NCBI GenBank assembly: GCA_000934665.2
Contig: KZ538186.1
Span: 1 to 64,000, forward strand
Length of the DNA: 64,000 nt
Origin: Catajapyx aquilonaris
Lineage: Eukaryota
Reading direction: 5' to 3'
Shown in pieces: positions 26,901-38,400 of the stretch (position 1 is its first letter; each line of letters starts with the position of its first letter). The translations under genes and the position numbers were made by a program. The notes below the pieces were generated by a model, which saw only the letters and a list, made by a program, of their open reading frames with translations, was not told where the DNA came from and did no database searches.

Positions 26901-28557
26901 TTTATAATTTGTAACTTGAATGAGAGGCAGGAGGGATTCGCTGAATTATCTTGTACACACTCATATGCACACATGCACATATATATATTTCCAGTTCCCA
27001 ATGTTCATTTGTATTTCTCTCCTTCAGCTGCACATGTGAAATTTTTATTATATACTGAGGACCTGCACTCCTTCTTAAGTGTTTCTTTTTGAACTGCACG
27101 CTCTAGTGCATGTGCCTGGTATGAAATGATGAGGTTGATTAATGGGATGGTGAGATAACAGCGAGAAAGAAGGAAAGAAAGAAAGCAAGCTTTTCTTGCA
27201 AATCCAGGCCTGAAACCACTTTTGGAAAAAAAAAAAAAAAGAGAGAGAGAGAGAGAAAGAGAGAAAGACTTGTGTCATGCATGCATCAGTTTCATTGGGG
27301 GAGGCCGAAATGCAAGTGATAAACCACCTTCATCTTCCCCTGACAGGGCCAATCCAACGTCTGCCGTGTGGATGCAGCCAACCAAAGGGCCGGGAAACTG
27401 CTGAAGGCATAATTGTGGCCACTATACAAAGAAAGAGCGAAAGCATAAGAATGCTACTTGCTGAACACTTTTATCGTTACGTTCAGATTCTTTCATTTTG
27501 CCCATTATAGCTTGGCTATAATGTTTCAGTCCTAGATGTCTGTTTGCTCAGCTTTGTCATAAGACTGTTGGGGAATAAGAAAGAAAGATCAAAACATAAG
27601 AAAAGGTTGAAAAAACTTGGTGGCTTTGAGAAAAAGTGAATCCCAACAGATTTCTTCATTTTCACTTGTCTTATGAGAGTCTTGCTGTTCATTGTCACAC
27701 TTTTTTTGTTGTTTGCAACACGTGTTGTTACAGGCAGGACTTGGGGTCTCCATTTTGTTGCAGATATGATGATAAATTACTCATAATAACCATCATTTCA
27801 ATTTCGTGTATTGTGATAATAGCAAGGCAGTGTAAAAATGGATAGTGCACTGTTGCCCCTGTTTCAAAATAATATAATATATATAAAAATGCATATGTAT
27901 CTGTGCATATATGCATAGGTGTATGTGAATTATGCATACATGTTAGGGGGTTTTGATGTGGATGATCCAGTTCCATTCTGGAGAAGGAAATCAGAAGCAC
28001 AAAATGGTTGCACTTGTTGCACAGGACTGACTACAAGTATTTGCCTGAGTTGCGCAGTACCACAAAATAAATGAAGGATGTGGAGGTAAAACATAAAGAG
28101 AAAAACAAGACTACATAGGAAAAAGGAGAAATAATTTTGCATCTACCTCGCCAAGAGATTCTGCTTATTTCTTGCTAAACTTTGGTTTACTTATAACCCA
28201 TTATGTCTCTGTCGCTTGCAGTGTCATCAAATACAGGTTTATTGGGCTTGGCTGAAATTTTGTGCTGTTGTTGCGTGTTTTTGGGGTGCTGTGTCACTGG
28301 GAGGGAAGCTCGTGTGGGGGGTGGGGAGGGCTGTGCCAGGGGGTGTTAAAGGGCAAAAGAGAAGTGGGTGGGGGGAAATAATGCAACACAAATGGGAATC
28401 TTTAATGAAGGTGAGATCTTTGTCAAAATCGGGCCAGGTAGTCATCACCTGTTTTCCCTTTTCCCCCTTGATTATTTTTTGTACATACCAGGCCGAGTCC
28501 AACGCAAGCCGGATATCCGTGGCCAATCAACGGGCTAGCAAGTTGCTCAAGGCCTAA
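14898..28557 (+). CDS. SNAP25: SNAP-25 (Qbc-SNARE), spliced CDS: 14898-14990, 22785-22826, [23064-23112 or 23326-23374], 25412-25529, 25612-25740, 25815-25959, [27347-27412 or 28492-28557]; about 213 aa
   Basis: Joined exons read [101 protein letters not shown]/...[69 protein letters not shown]. All introns GT-AG, phases consistent, palmitoylation Cys cluster present. Confidence 0.97.
17380..17525 (+). mobile_element. SINE central-domain fragment (Deu/Nin-like)
   Basis: TTCGGAGAGGAAGTAAAGCCG...GGTCCCG...GCACGTTAAAGATCCCC resembles the Deu/Nin conserved SINE domain as recalled; not aligned. Confidence 0.45.
18796..19070. mobile_element. Tc1/mariner MITE, almost fully palindromic
   Basis: TA|CAGGGTGTAAATCCT...AGGATTTACAGCCTG|TA with arms of about 105 bp. 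Confidence 0.85.
22785..22826 (+). CDS. SNAP25: SNAP-25 42-nt exon
   Basis: ttttgcag|TCG...GAG|gtaagt; [14 protein letters not shown]. Confidence 0.96.
23064..23112 (+). CDS. SNAP25: SNAP-25 exon 4a (49 nt, canonical)
   Basis: aag|AGT...GGAG|gtgagt; [16 protein letters not shown](E). Confidence 0.95.
23326..23374 (+). CDS. SNAP25: SNAP-25 exon 4b (49 nt, duplicated, mutually exclusive alternative)
   Basis: ttttattttag|GGC...GGCG|gtaagg; [16 protein letters not shown](E); same length and phases (0/1) as 4a; AG..TL..L..QG pattern kept. Confidence 0.88.
25412..25529 (+). CDS. SNAP25: SNAP-25 118-nt exon with Cys cluster
   Basis: cacag|AG CAA CTT...AAC AA|gtaagg; [40 protein letters not shown]. 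Confidence 0.97.
25612..25740 (+). CDS. SNAP25: SNAP-25 linker exon
   Basis: tatag|A TCG...GCC AG|gtcaga; [43 protein letters not shown]. Confidence 0.96.
25815..25959 (+). CDS. SNAP25: SNAP-25 145-nt exon (Qc SNARE helix, N-terminal part)
   Basis: ttgtag|G ATC ACC...GCT AAG|gtaagt; [48 protein letters not shown]. Confidence 0.97.
27347..27412 (+). CDS. SNAP25: SNAP-25 proximal alternative last exon (8a)
   Basis: catcttcccctgacag|GGC CAA TCC AAC...[27 protein letters not shown]; same 66-nt coding length and phase as the distal last exon. Confidence 0.88.
   Translation, partial: GQSNVCRVDAANQRAGKLLKA
28492..28557 (+). CDS. SNAP25: SNAP-25 distal alternative last exon (8b)
   Basis: Pyrimidine tract then taccag|GCC GAG TCC...[27 protein letters not shown]. 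Confidence 0.94.
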   Translation, partial: AESNASRISVANQRASKLLKA

Positions 28558-31500
28558 AATGTGTGCCCTGTGGATTAACTCTGCCCCCTACACTAGCAGT
28601 GCACAGGTACTGCAAAATCTCTCTCCTCCTATTGGTTGGTTCTCTGGCCTGAACAGTGTGCACCAACAAAAGAAGTTTCCTCCTGATTTGTATACCCCCT
28701 CCATATTAAAAGTAGTGCTTATGTTCTCCAGTGGGTTGGGTATGTGAGTATGCTTTTAGTGAGGTACGTGCGTTTTTCTTTGATCTTTTTGATGTGCCAA
28801 CCTGACCAGTGAGGTTGTAAAGTCATCTAGTTCCAATTGGTCTGAGCAAATGACTACTAAATTGGCAGTCTACCAGGTATACCCCTGGACTTCATTGCAC
28901 GTTCAGTTTTTTTGTTCAGGTGCACATATTTTGTCAAGTCCAGTCTTTCTTTTCCATACTTGTACCTTACTGTGTGTGTGTGTGGGAGAAATGTCCCACC
29001 TTTTTCCAGAAATCAATGTCTTTTTTAGGCTTTCTATATCTTCATCTGTCGTAGGCCTAAAGCTAGAACCGATCCGTAAAAAGAGACTCACTGACCCACT
29101 TTCACAGGAAGGAAGTGGATTTGATCTCTTCTTTTGGCTATTGCGCCTCTGGAGGCATGGCTAATTTATTTCAGCCCCTTTGCTTGTACTGTAAGTGTTG
29201 GCTTTGAACTGTCTGTTTCTAAGAGAGTCATGGGGGCAGGGTGGGTGGGGGCTGCATGATCAATGGATGTGTGTGCATTTGTGTTGCAGGCACAGAGGTT
29301 TCACCACCCTCTTTCCAGAGTGTTTCCCTCATAGGTTCTCTAGACAACTCATTTGCTTACACAGTACCTTGTCTCCAGCCACCCGTCTCCCAGGGAATAT
29401 ACTGACTCATATCCCTCTTTGTGACTCCAATTCATTTTTGGGGTTTTCAGTTGGCCAGGGTATAGCTTTTGTATGTCTTGTTTGGTGTGCCTTACCACAC
29501 ACCCATTTGTGTAGTTTGATTTGCTTCCTATGGCTGAGCTATCGTAAGACAGTAGTTTGGCTCTCCTACAATTCAACATGTCAGTAGTTGTCAGCTGCTG
29601 TAATTTGAGGGAGTAATTGAGGGGTCAGCTAGGGTTCTTCCTTCTTCACATCGGCACTGATGCAGAGTCATGGTGTGATAGGTGTCTTGCACTATTCATT
29701 GCAATCAGTTCTTCAATCACAGTGTGAAAAGACTCATGTGGGTTTTAGGCGGGAAATTGTGCAGTCCTGTTCGCACGGCTCTAGCACCAGACTGGGGCTG
29801 AAATATGTAAATTCAAATAGCCCTGGCTTTGAGGGAGAGTCCTGACACCTCCTGTTCAGCCACGGCTGTGGTTGGATTTTCTACTAATCACCACCCCCAA
29901 GGATCTAGAATGGTTCTGCCACCCCTGTTCCCACCACCACCACCTCAACCTCTCTTTCAGGACCTACCTGAGGTAAATTAGACTCCAACTACAATTTTGT
30001 CGTGTGTAATGCAGGAGGTTTGGTGCCTAAGGACTTGCGTAGAGCTTGGGCACCTGGCCAGGGCTGCACAATTTCCCTTCTAAAAGCAGTCTAGAAGGAT
30101 CTCAAGATTAGAGATCTATTCCAAACAGCCAACTGAAGGTGGAGGAACTCTCTGAGATTGTGATAAATTATATCAAAACACATTGTAATTACCTTTCTTG
30201 TTTTTCCCCCCTGGAAGTTGTCCTCAAAAGGTGAGAGGTCTGAACCTGTGCAATAAACACACCATCTAGAGTTAAAATGGTGAATAATTTTAGATGCTAA
30301 ATTTTAGAAATGTACAAAAAATGTAAAGGAAAATAATTTTTTCTCTTTTCTTTCCAAAAAAGAAATTCATATTATTCGTAGTGTCTTTTGAGATGTAGCT
30401 GAAGAAATGATTCCAGCAAAACAACTAAGTTCTGACAGTGTACATTCTGTATATAGTTAGATATTGATAAGTTAACCTAGAGCATGGACAGAGTCCTAAC
30501 CCGAAAACTAACGAACAGGCTTGTGGGTTGGTACCTCCATAGTGGGGGGCAAAGCAAATGCGAACCAGTTTACATCCCAAGTACTAATAAGTCTTCAGCT
30601 ACTCATTGTATACGTTTTACTATTACACCCTGAATGTTAGTGGAATGTCATATCACATTTTAGTTTCCACTTATGTACCCATGTATAAAACAAGGAGAAA
30701 GAAGTGTATGATCAAATTGTGCATTTAACACATTTATTGCTTGATATTTTTATGGAATAGCTGGAGATGGGAATTTTTCTGGGGTGCTTATGTTGAGGCT
30801 AAAGCAGGAAAAGAGCTTGATTGGATTCAGATTTCCCCCCTTACCCATCCTACATCTCTCACAGTATTTTTGCTTTCAAGTAAGGTGTTCTAAATCACTG
30901 TGTACTTAAGGACGAGAGACTGAAGGAAAAAAATAGGAGTCCCCAACTTTAGCCCCACAATTTCAACGAAGCTTCGAGAGGCCTGGAAACGGTGCTTGTT
31001 GAGGATACATGCTGCTGTGATAACAAGCAGGTATCAGGGGTTTGACATGACATCCTGCTTACTTTTGTGTTTGTAAAAAAAAAAATTGACTCACCAACCA
31101 ATTAGATTATTTTGCTGGAGAGACCAATGCAGACTGGTGAGGGCGAATGTTCAGTAATGACAGACATTTATTCCAATTTCCAGAAGAAGGGCTTGAGGTT
31201 GGGGGATCTCGAAAGGGAGCATCTCTTTGGTATATCCTTGTGTCTCCGTTGTATTTTTCATTGGTCACAAAATACAACTCACTCAGCCTCCTCTCCCCTC
31301 ATACTCTCATATCAAGTGATTTGTCCTATGTACTTCCTTTCTTGCCTGGACCTATTCTAATTCATTGTATTATTTATTCTTTCTCATTGTGGGAAAATGT
31401 CCAATTACTTTTTGTAAAGGGGGTTATAGACGTAAGAGGTAGTGTAAGAATTTTGAATGCAAAATAAACTGTAACTGTCATACTGTGCTACATAGTCGTG

Positions 31501-34500
31501 GAGCAGGCTATCATTTTGGGCAAATGTCAAAGCACACCAGAGGGGAACTTGAGGATTGTTCTAGGAGGCATGCTCACAATTATACCACCTCTGGATAAGC
31601 ACAGTTGCCAAGTGTACCTATGTCCACCAATGACAGTCCTCGCGCCAATTCCTGCCCCCATTCCAGACAGCAGCAAAATCATGTTTTCAAAGTTCCCATG
31701 AACATAGAGGAAAAGTTGCTGTTTTAGCACTTGAATTTTTGACATGCCTCCCAGGCAACTCACTTCTGTCTGGGATGTTTTGATTACTTACTGTATACTG
31801 GGGTTAGTCTATTATAAAAAGTCTTTATAAAGTGCTGCCAATTTCATCAAATACACACCCATTCAAATCTCCCACATTCACCTAAGCTCCTGTGACCTTG
31901 AAACTCACTCATTAAAAAACATCCCTCAAGCCAAGAACCCCCCCACCCCCAGGTAAACTTGTGCTGGATCCGCCACTGCTGCATACGTAGTGGAAGTGGA
32001 CACACTGTGCATATCAATTCCTGCTCTTCGTTGATTTCGCCCCCCCACCCCTCGAACTGAAATCCTGGCTACGTCACTGTATACAGACAACTAAATTGAT
32101 GTCTTTGCTGTTACTGGTACACTTTTCCAGTCATCTGAACCATCTTTTTCGCACACTGAAACAATCCTAAGTAACACATTGCAAACAGAAGATCAAGTTG
32201 TTGTAGCATTCATTTTGTGTTCTTTTGCTTGAAACTTGGACTTGTTTCAGTAGTGCCTCAGTTGGTACAGTACCTGGTGCTCCCTTTTAAAATGTACAAC
32301 TGCTGCAAATACTGTAAAAAACTGAATTTCAGGTTCAGGCTAAAATTCAAACAAGAGGTAAGTCTCAGTCGGTCTCAGAACTATCCAACCCTTGTCAAAA
32401 AAGAAATTCCTCAGCTGTTTGGATTGACCTCCCCTCAAAATTTCTCCCTTTCGAAGCATGTGTGATTTCCTTACAGGGGTTTTAAGGAGTAGAGAAAAGT
32501 AACTCCATCACATAATAGTTCAATAAGTATTGAAGGAACCCACAATGTCACTTCTGGATGTCCCTGTGTGGTAGTGATGTCAGCAACAGGACATGGAACA
32601 GAAGAGGGGTTGCATTTATACCGGTCTGACGGCCCAAGTGAAAACCCTGTATGTCGCCTTTTTGTCATTTCAAGATATTCATGTTTGAAGTTTTTTGTTT
32701 CCATTGTCGTATATGGAAGTGCATGATGTCGATTGGCCAAAAATTTGCAAGGGTTGCTCCTGCAGTTACGGGCTTGTATCCAAAGGTGTGGCTTGCAAAG
32801 AGTAAAATGGTGCACTTAACTCCATTTCAGTGATTTTCGATGATACAGGGTTTTCACTTGGGGCGTCAGAGTTCCACCTTGTATGTTGCAACCCAGACTT
32901 TCCGAAGGTCATTAAATTTGACAAATGGCACATACGAATCAGAATTAAAATGGATGAAATTGCATGACCATCGTGACCCAGTCTCCAAGAAAGAGCATTC
33001 CAATCAACAGTTGTGACTACTTTGCTACTGCCTTCCCGCCCACTTCCCACCCTCACATAGTCCATCAGGTTGCACTCCTGCTATCTTGCCCTGCTTGGCC
33101 ACCATCCACAGAGAAAACATAGAATTTGTGAATTGCCACCTCTCATGTTCCGCTCTCTAAATCCCCATTGGGTTCACTTCAATTTCCGGCAAATATTTGA
33201 AACAGCTTTGTGTGAGTGACATCATACACTCTCCCTCCTTCCCACTGTTCCAGACAATTCCTAGAAGGCAACTGGCTTCCCTTCCTGCCAGGTCAAATAA
33301 TAATAATACAAATGCCGGTCTTGAGTGCATATGCTGAAATACAAATGGGGAATTGCAGATGAGAGAAGAGCAGGACTAGCTGAGGCAGCAGGGAGGATGA
33401 GTCAATCACAACTCCTTTACGGAAACAGGTATACAGTTGCAAGCATCTAGATAAAGACAGGGTCCCTTCCCTGGCCCACCTCCTTTTGAAAGTAGCTGTT
33501 GTTGCTCCTGATAGTGACCCTGTGTTGACAAGGGTGCTGCATTGACCAAGTTACTGGTTCAAGAGAATCTCGAGGTAGGAAAATAAGAGATGGTATCTCC
33601 ACTGGTGTTTATAGAAAATATTTGCCTACTATCCGCCTCACTAATGTAAAACTGTCACTTCAATTGACACCCAAATTGCACAGCTACTTCATTAAAAAAT
33701 TTGTGTCATGTATCACAAGAAGGCCTGATTCTGATATCTGTTATAGGTTCCACCAGTGACATCTAAACTCACCTCCACCACTTCCTCGCTACCTCCCATT
33801 CCCATGGGTTCCTTGCATACACCCTACCCTCTCCCTTCCTAAAATACCATACCTAATTGTCACCAGGACAATGTGACCAGGGTCTAGTCTAGGACACCCT
33901 GAACAAACCATATGTTCATACCAGTCCATACTATAACAAGCTTATTAGCAGCGTGCCCTCCCAGCAAACATGACAATGCCTTTCAAAAGAAAAAGGAGGG
34001 GAGAAAGTGGACCCCATCTGTATCTTTCTGCTTGTGACTGTAAGTAAGGGTAGAGCAGCTGAGGTTTACACCTAAGCTGTCAAATTTATCAAATTAGTTC
34101 AGGCCCCAACAAAAATCCACTCCCACTGCTCCCTCCTGCATTGTTCACATGACTCATTCTGCAAGCACACCAATAAGAATATTTCATATAAGTTGTAATA
34201 ACTTACGCTCAGCTTGTTTTACTAGCATGTAGCAAAACTTTGTACATATGGAAAGCTCTGTGAGAAAAAACATTATGGTGAGAAGTAAACCAAGTACCAA
34301 TAGAATGGGCTCATGCCAAAGTGAACCATGTCCAAAGGAATATTTCATACCAGTTTATGTTGCTTTTCCATGTGACTCACTTGCCAGAATGTAAAGGGTA
34401 TAAAACAAAGATTTTACTGAACTGTGTCCTTTCACTTAATATACTGACAGTGCTGACATGCCAAGTGTAAACCCTGTGTGTCAGATACCATGATTAATCG

Positions 34501-35314
34501 GTTATTTTTGACTACAAAATTAAACTTGTAGGGTTTGTCATACACTAATGATTCTTCACGGAAAGCTCAGAGATACTGAGTTTCTCCCAACAGGTCAAGC
34601 TCATGATTGGGGGAATTCTAAAGCATTTTCCCCTTGTTAAGTTGTTCAACATACACTGCCACCACTCAATTTATCTCGCTGCTTGTAATTGAAATGATAA
34701 AGACACATTCAACTCACAAGCAAGGAATGGAATGCACATGGGGGGTTGGGGAGGGGGGGGGGGGGGGNGGGGGGGGGGGGGGGGGGCGGTTGGAGGAAAA
34801 GGGATAGTTATGTGGGGTAGATGACAGGAACTTCACATTTGGGGTGCAGCAAAAAGGTGCACACTTCTAGGCCACAGGTTCCTTGTGATTCTCGAAGATA
34901 CCATTTTCACAATTTTGGCTCCACTACAAGACAACTGCATGCAAATTTGCTAAGAAATGTCCTATTATGCTAACCCACAACCATCCATGCCTGCCAGGTG
35001 ACCTGACGGACATGATATTATCTAACACACGAGTGGTGTCACAAGAGTTGGCATGTAATTACATCCATAATGGGAGCCACAATCAACCAGGAGTTGTCAA
35101 GAGGAAGTGTGCACCTTTTGCACCACCCTTCAGATGTGTGATTTATACACATAATTCATACAAGGTAATGGTACAGCCAGGAGAGAGACAAAAGGGGGTG
35201 GGGGTGGGGGGTGGGGGGTTTGAGTGCTGTACTGGGTTCACTTTAGAGTAAGACCAACAACCCATTTTCCTTAATGAAATGGAACACACATGGTTTCATA
35301 ATGTATACAAGCTG

Positions 35315-35424
35315 CTAGTACTCAGGTTCTTCACCATATTCATCCTCACCACGATACTGACTGAGGAGTTGTGCAGCTGAAAGGTGAGTGTCGGCATCGT
35401 CCTCATCATACTCGTCTGGTTCAT
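35315..35424 (-). CDS. BRF1: BRF1 last coding exon
   Basis: gtttccag|AT GAA CCA...TAC TAG after a 59-nt intron; [36 protein letters not shown]. Confidence 0.87.
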
Positions 35425-38400
35425 CTGGAAACGAGAACAAGTAAGTAGATCTTGTCACCATATCTTCTTTCTAAGGAGCTTACCATAATCAGGGTCCATA
35501 TCAGTCCCATACTGAGCAGCACTTGGTTCGTAGTTAACTTCCATATCATGATCATACTGAACAGGGCCTGATTCTACCACCACGTCTGTTTGCGCTTCAC
35601 TAGCTACCTCTTCCTCCTCAGCTACATTCTCCACCACTCCCTCAGTCACTTCTTCCATTGTACCCTCCATCGGTTCATCTGGCCCAGCCTCCTGCTTATT
35701 CTCTGTGATATTCTCCACCCCATTCTCCACCACATTCGCCACCCCATTCTCCACCACAGTCGCCACCACATTCTCCACCCCATTCTCCACCACATTCTCC
35801 ACCCCATTCTCTGCCCCTCTCTTAGCCAATGGTTGAGCTTGCTGCTTATCCAGTTTTTTAACTTTTGGGGACTTCTGGGGAACATCACTTTCAGGTTCTT
35901 GCGACCTGGATGAAATGTGAAATAATATAATTATAATTCCAGGTTCTAGGTTTTACCAAATATGACTTCTAAAGTACAAGTAATGAGTGCTCATTGAATT
36001 GAGCCATGGTAAGCAGAATATTTTGAAGGGATTCTGAATTCGCACAATATAAAACGTTGCTGACACTAACGATAATAAAAAAGAAATTTACCTGCCACCA
36101 TAAGGTAATAGTTCCAATGGGTTATGCTACATACAGTGCAGTGGTGGCAGTTACATTCGAAATGGTGTCATTTTTCTCCTGTGCCACTTACTAGTTGATG
36201 ACTGACATCACTATCAACAAACTAGGGAATGCTGATTGGTACATGGGACTCTCTTGAACTGAACCATCACCTTGTGTGAAGCCATTTTTGGGGTTGTCCA
36301 TATGGCAAGTTATACATATTGGCTCTTGCTGAGTCATTCAAAAATGACATCTCATACAGTGTGGTTGTAAATTTTTTCTCATGACTTTAGTAGTCTTTGC
36401 AAAGACGCCAGACTACTACTGATCAGACTACTGATCAGAATCCAATACACACTGTAACCTACTATGAATCAATTATTTCCAGAACATTCAAAGTTCCATT
36501 TAAAATGGTAGTTGCAATCCAGAGAGAGGACCCTGTCATTTGCATGTCTCAGCCATCCCACGGGAAAAAGCCATATCTGCAAAACTGACGAAGGTCACAT
36601 GCAGGCCCCACACAAGATGACCTTCATTTCTATCACTTTTGCAGATAGAACTTTTTTCCTTGGGACGGCAGATCTGTGGCAACCAAAAACCCAAGACAAT
36701 GTTCGACATTTTCATTTCATACATGAAGATTCTCTCTACCACACAATCCATCATGATCTTGTTAATCTGACAACCAAAATTTAGGAGGGTAAGAAGAACC
36801 CTCCTAAATTTTGTAATTTTTTGCATTTTCTATTTCTGCTTGGCCTATAGTGTTGTGCAAACACCACCTCCGCTGCTAATTTTCACATCAAAATAAAGCT
36901 ACCATATTACCTCTAATATTGCGGCACGCCGGTATAAAACGAGGTCGACCAGCATGCCGGTATAACCTGGGGGTGGCCGGCATGCCGCAATACCCGAGGT
37001 AGATTTCCATAATTTTGATCCTTGTCAAATTTTTTCTAATGCACCTGATACTGTACTAAAATCATGTTACGGTGAAAAATGTGCGAGTACACGCAGGGAT
37101 GCGAGAATTGCAAGTTCATCTGTTGCACAGGGCTTCGAGTGTGACCAATCCGACTGTCAGCCTGCTCTGAGAGGGGAACGCCCCTAAATATTAGAAAGGA
37201 TCTGCAAAGTATCAACGCAAATTCCTTCACTCCTTCGTTTGGGCTGTCAATAGTTCACTGGTCGCATATCTCGTTGGTAGTCAGAGGATTGATTTGTGTA
37301 GTATCAATTTGTCTGAGAAGCCTTGTCACTCGGTGAATAAAATCCAAACCAAACCGTATGCAATATCCTCGTAGGTATGCTTCCCTTCTAGCAGCCTTGC
37401 ACTTTTAATTTAATATGTTTCTGTATTTTGAACTTAACGAATGATCTTATGGGATGTGTCAGTCAATAGAAGTGTCCTGGGCTGTATGCATACCGTACAA
37501 CATTGTGTAATGCATTCATTTGAGTACTAACGATAATTTTCATAGAGATCGTAAGAAAACCTCACCTTATACCGGCATACCTCGCTTAGACTGGCATGCC
37601 GGTATTGCCACCAGATCGTGCATTTCTAAAAACTGGTCGACCTCGCCTACACCGGCAAGCCGCAATATGAGAGGTAATACGGTAAATGCGATATTCCGAA
37701 GCCACAACACCTAGCAGCCGGTCGCCGCGACTGTAGCTTGCTCTAGGGTGGTGCGAGCAAGTAGAATATGACCTCACACTTGAAATCGATTTTGTATAGC
37801 AATTTATGAATCAAGTTTAATCAATCATTTACATATCACTGATATCAGTCGCGACGACCCCCGGCCCGCGACAGAATGCAGGTGTTGTGGCTTCGGAATT
37901 CCGGTCTTTTGGCTTGTATTTTGACCCTGCTAACATGAAAATTAGCAGCAGAGATGATGTTTGCACAACACTATAGGTCAAGCAGAATTTGAAAATCCAA
38001 AAATTTTCAAAATTGAGGAGGGTAAGAAGAGTCAGTTTGGGTGTGAGACACAATCCTGATATAATCTGGACTCAAGGTCTGATGGTACATATTCCCAGTT
38101 GTGGAAGGGGAAGGCAGGTGTTTGGGAAGGAGCAGCCAATCTGATGAGGAATAATTGGGTTAGGTATATGAGAAAGTAGAAGATAGGAAATAAATTCATG
38201 TCCTATATCATTATTTTGATAACAGGACAATGTATGGCTGGCAGAAAGTGACTGTGATCCCTGGCCAACTTGATCTTACGTAACAATCATGAGAAAAGTG
38301 GACTGCACAGTTTGAATCAGTGAATTTTCCTTATTTTTAGGTAACTAATTTTGAACCCATGTCAGTACATCTTTAAGAGCATCAAACCATACTGCAAGGG

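Noticed and set aside
28216..28491. N-terminal part of the 113-aa ORF
   Set aside because: Intronic read-through; only 28492-28557 is SNAP-25 coding.
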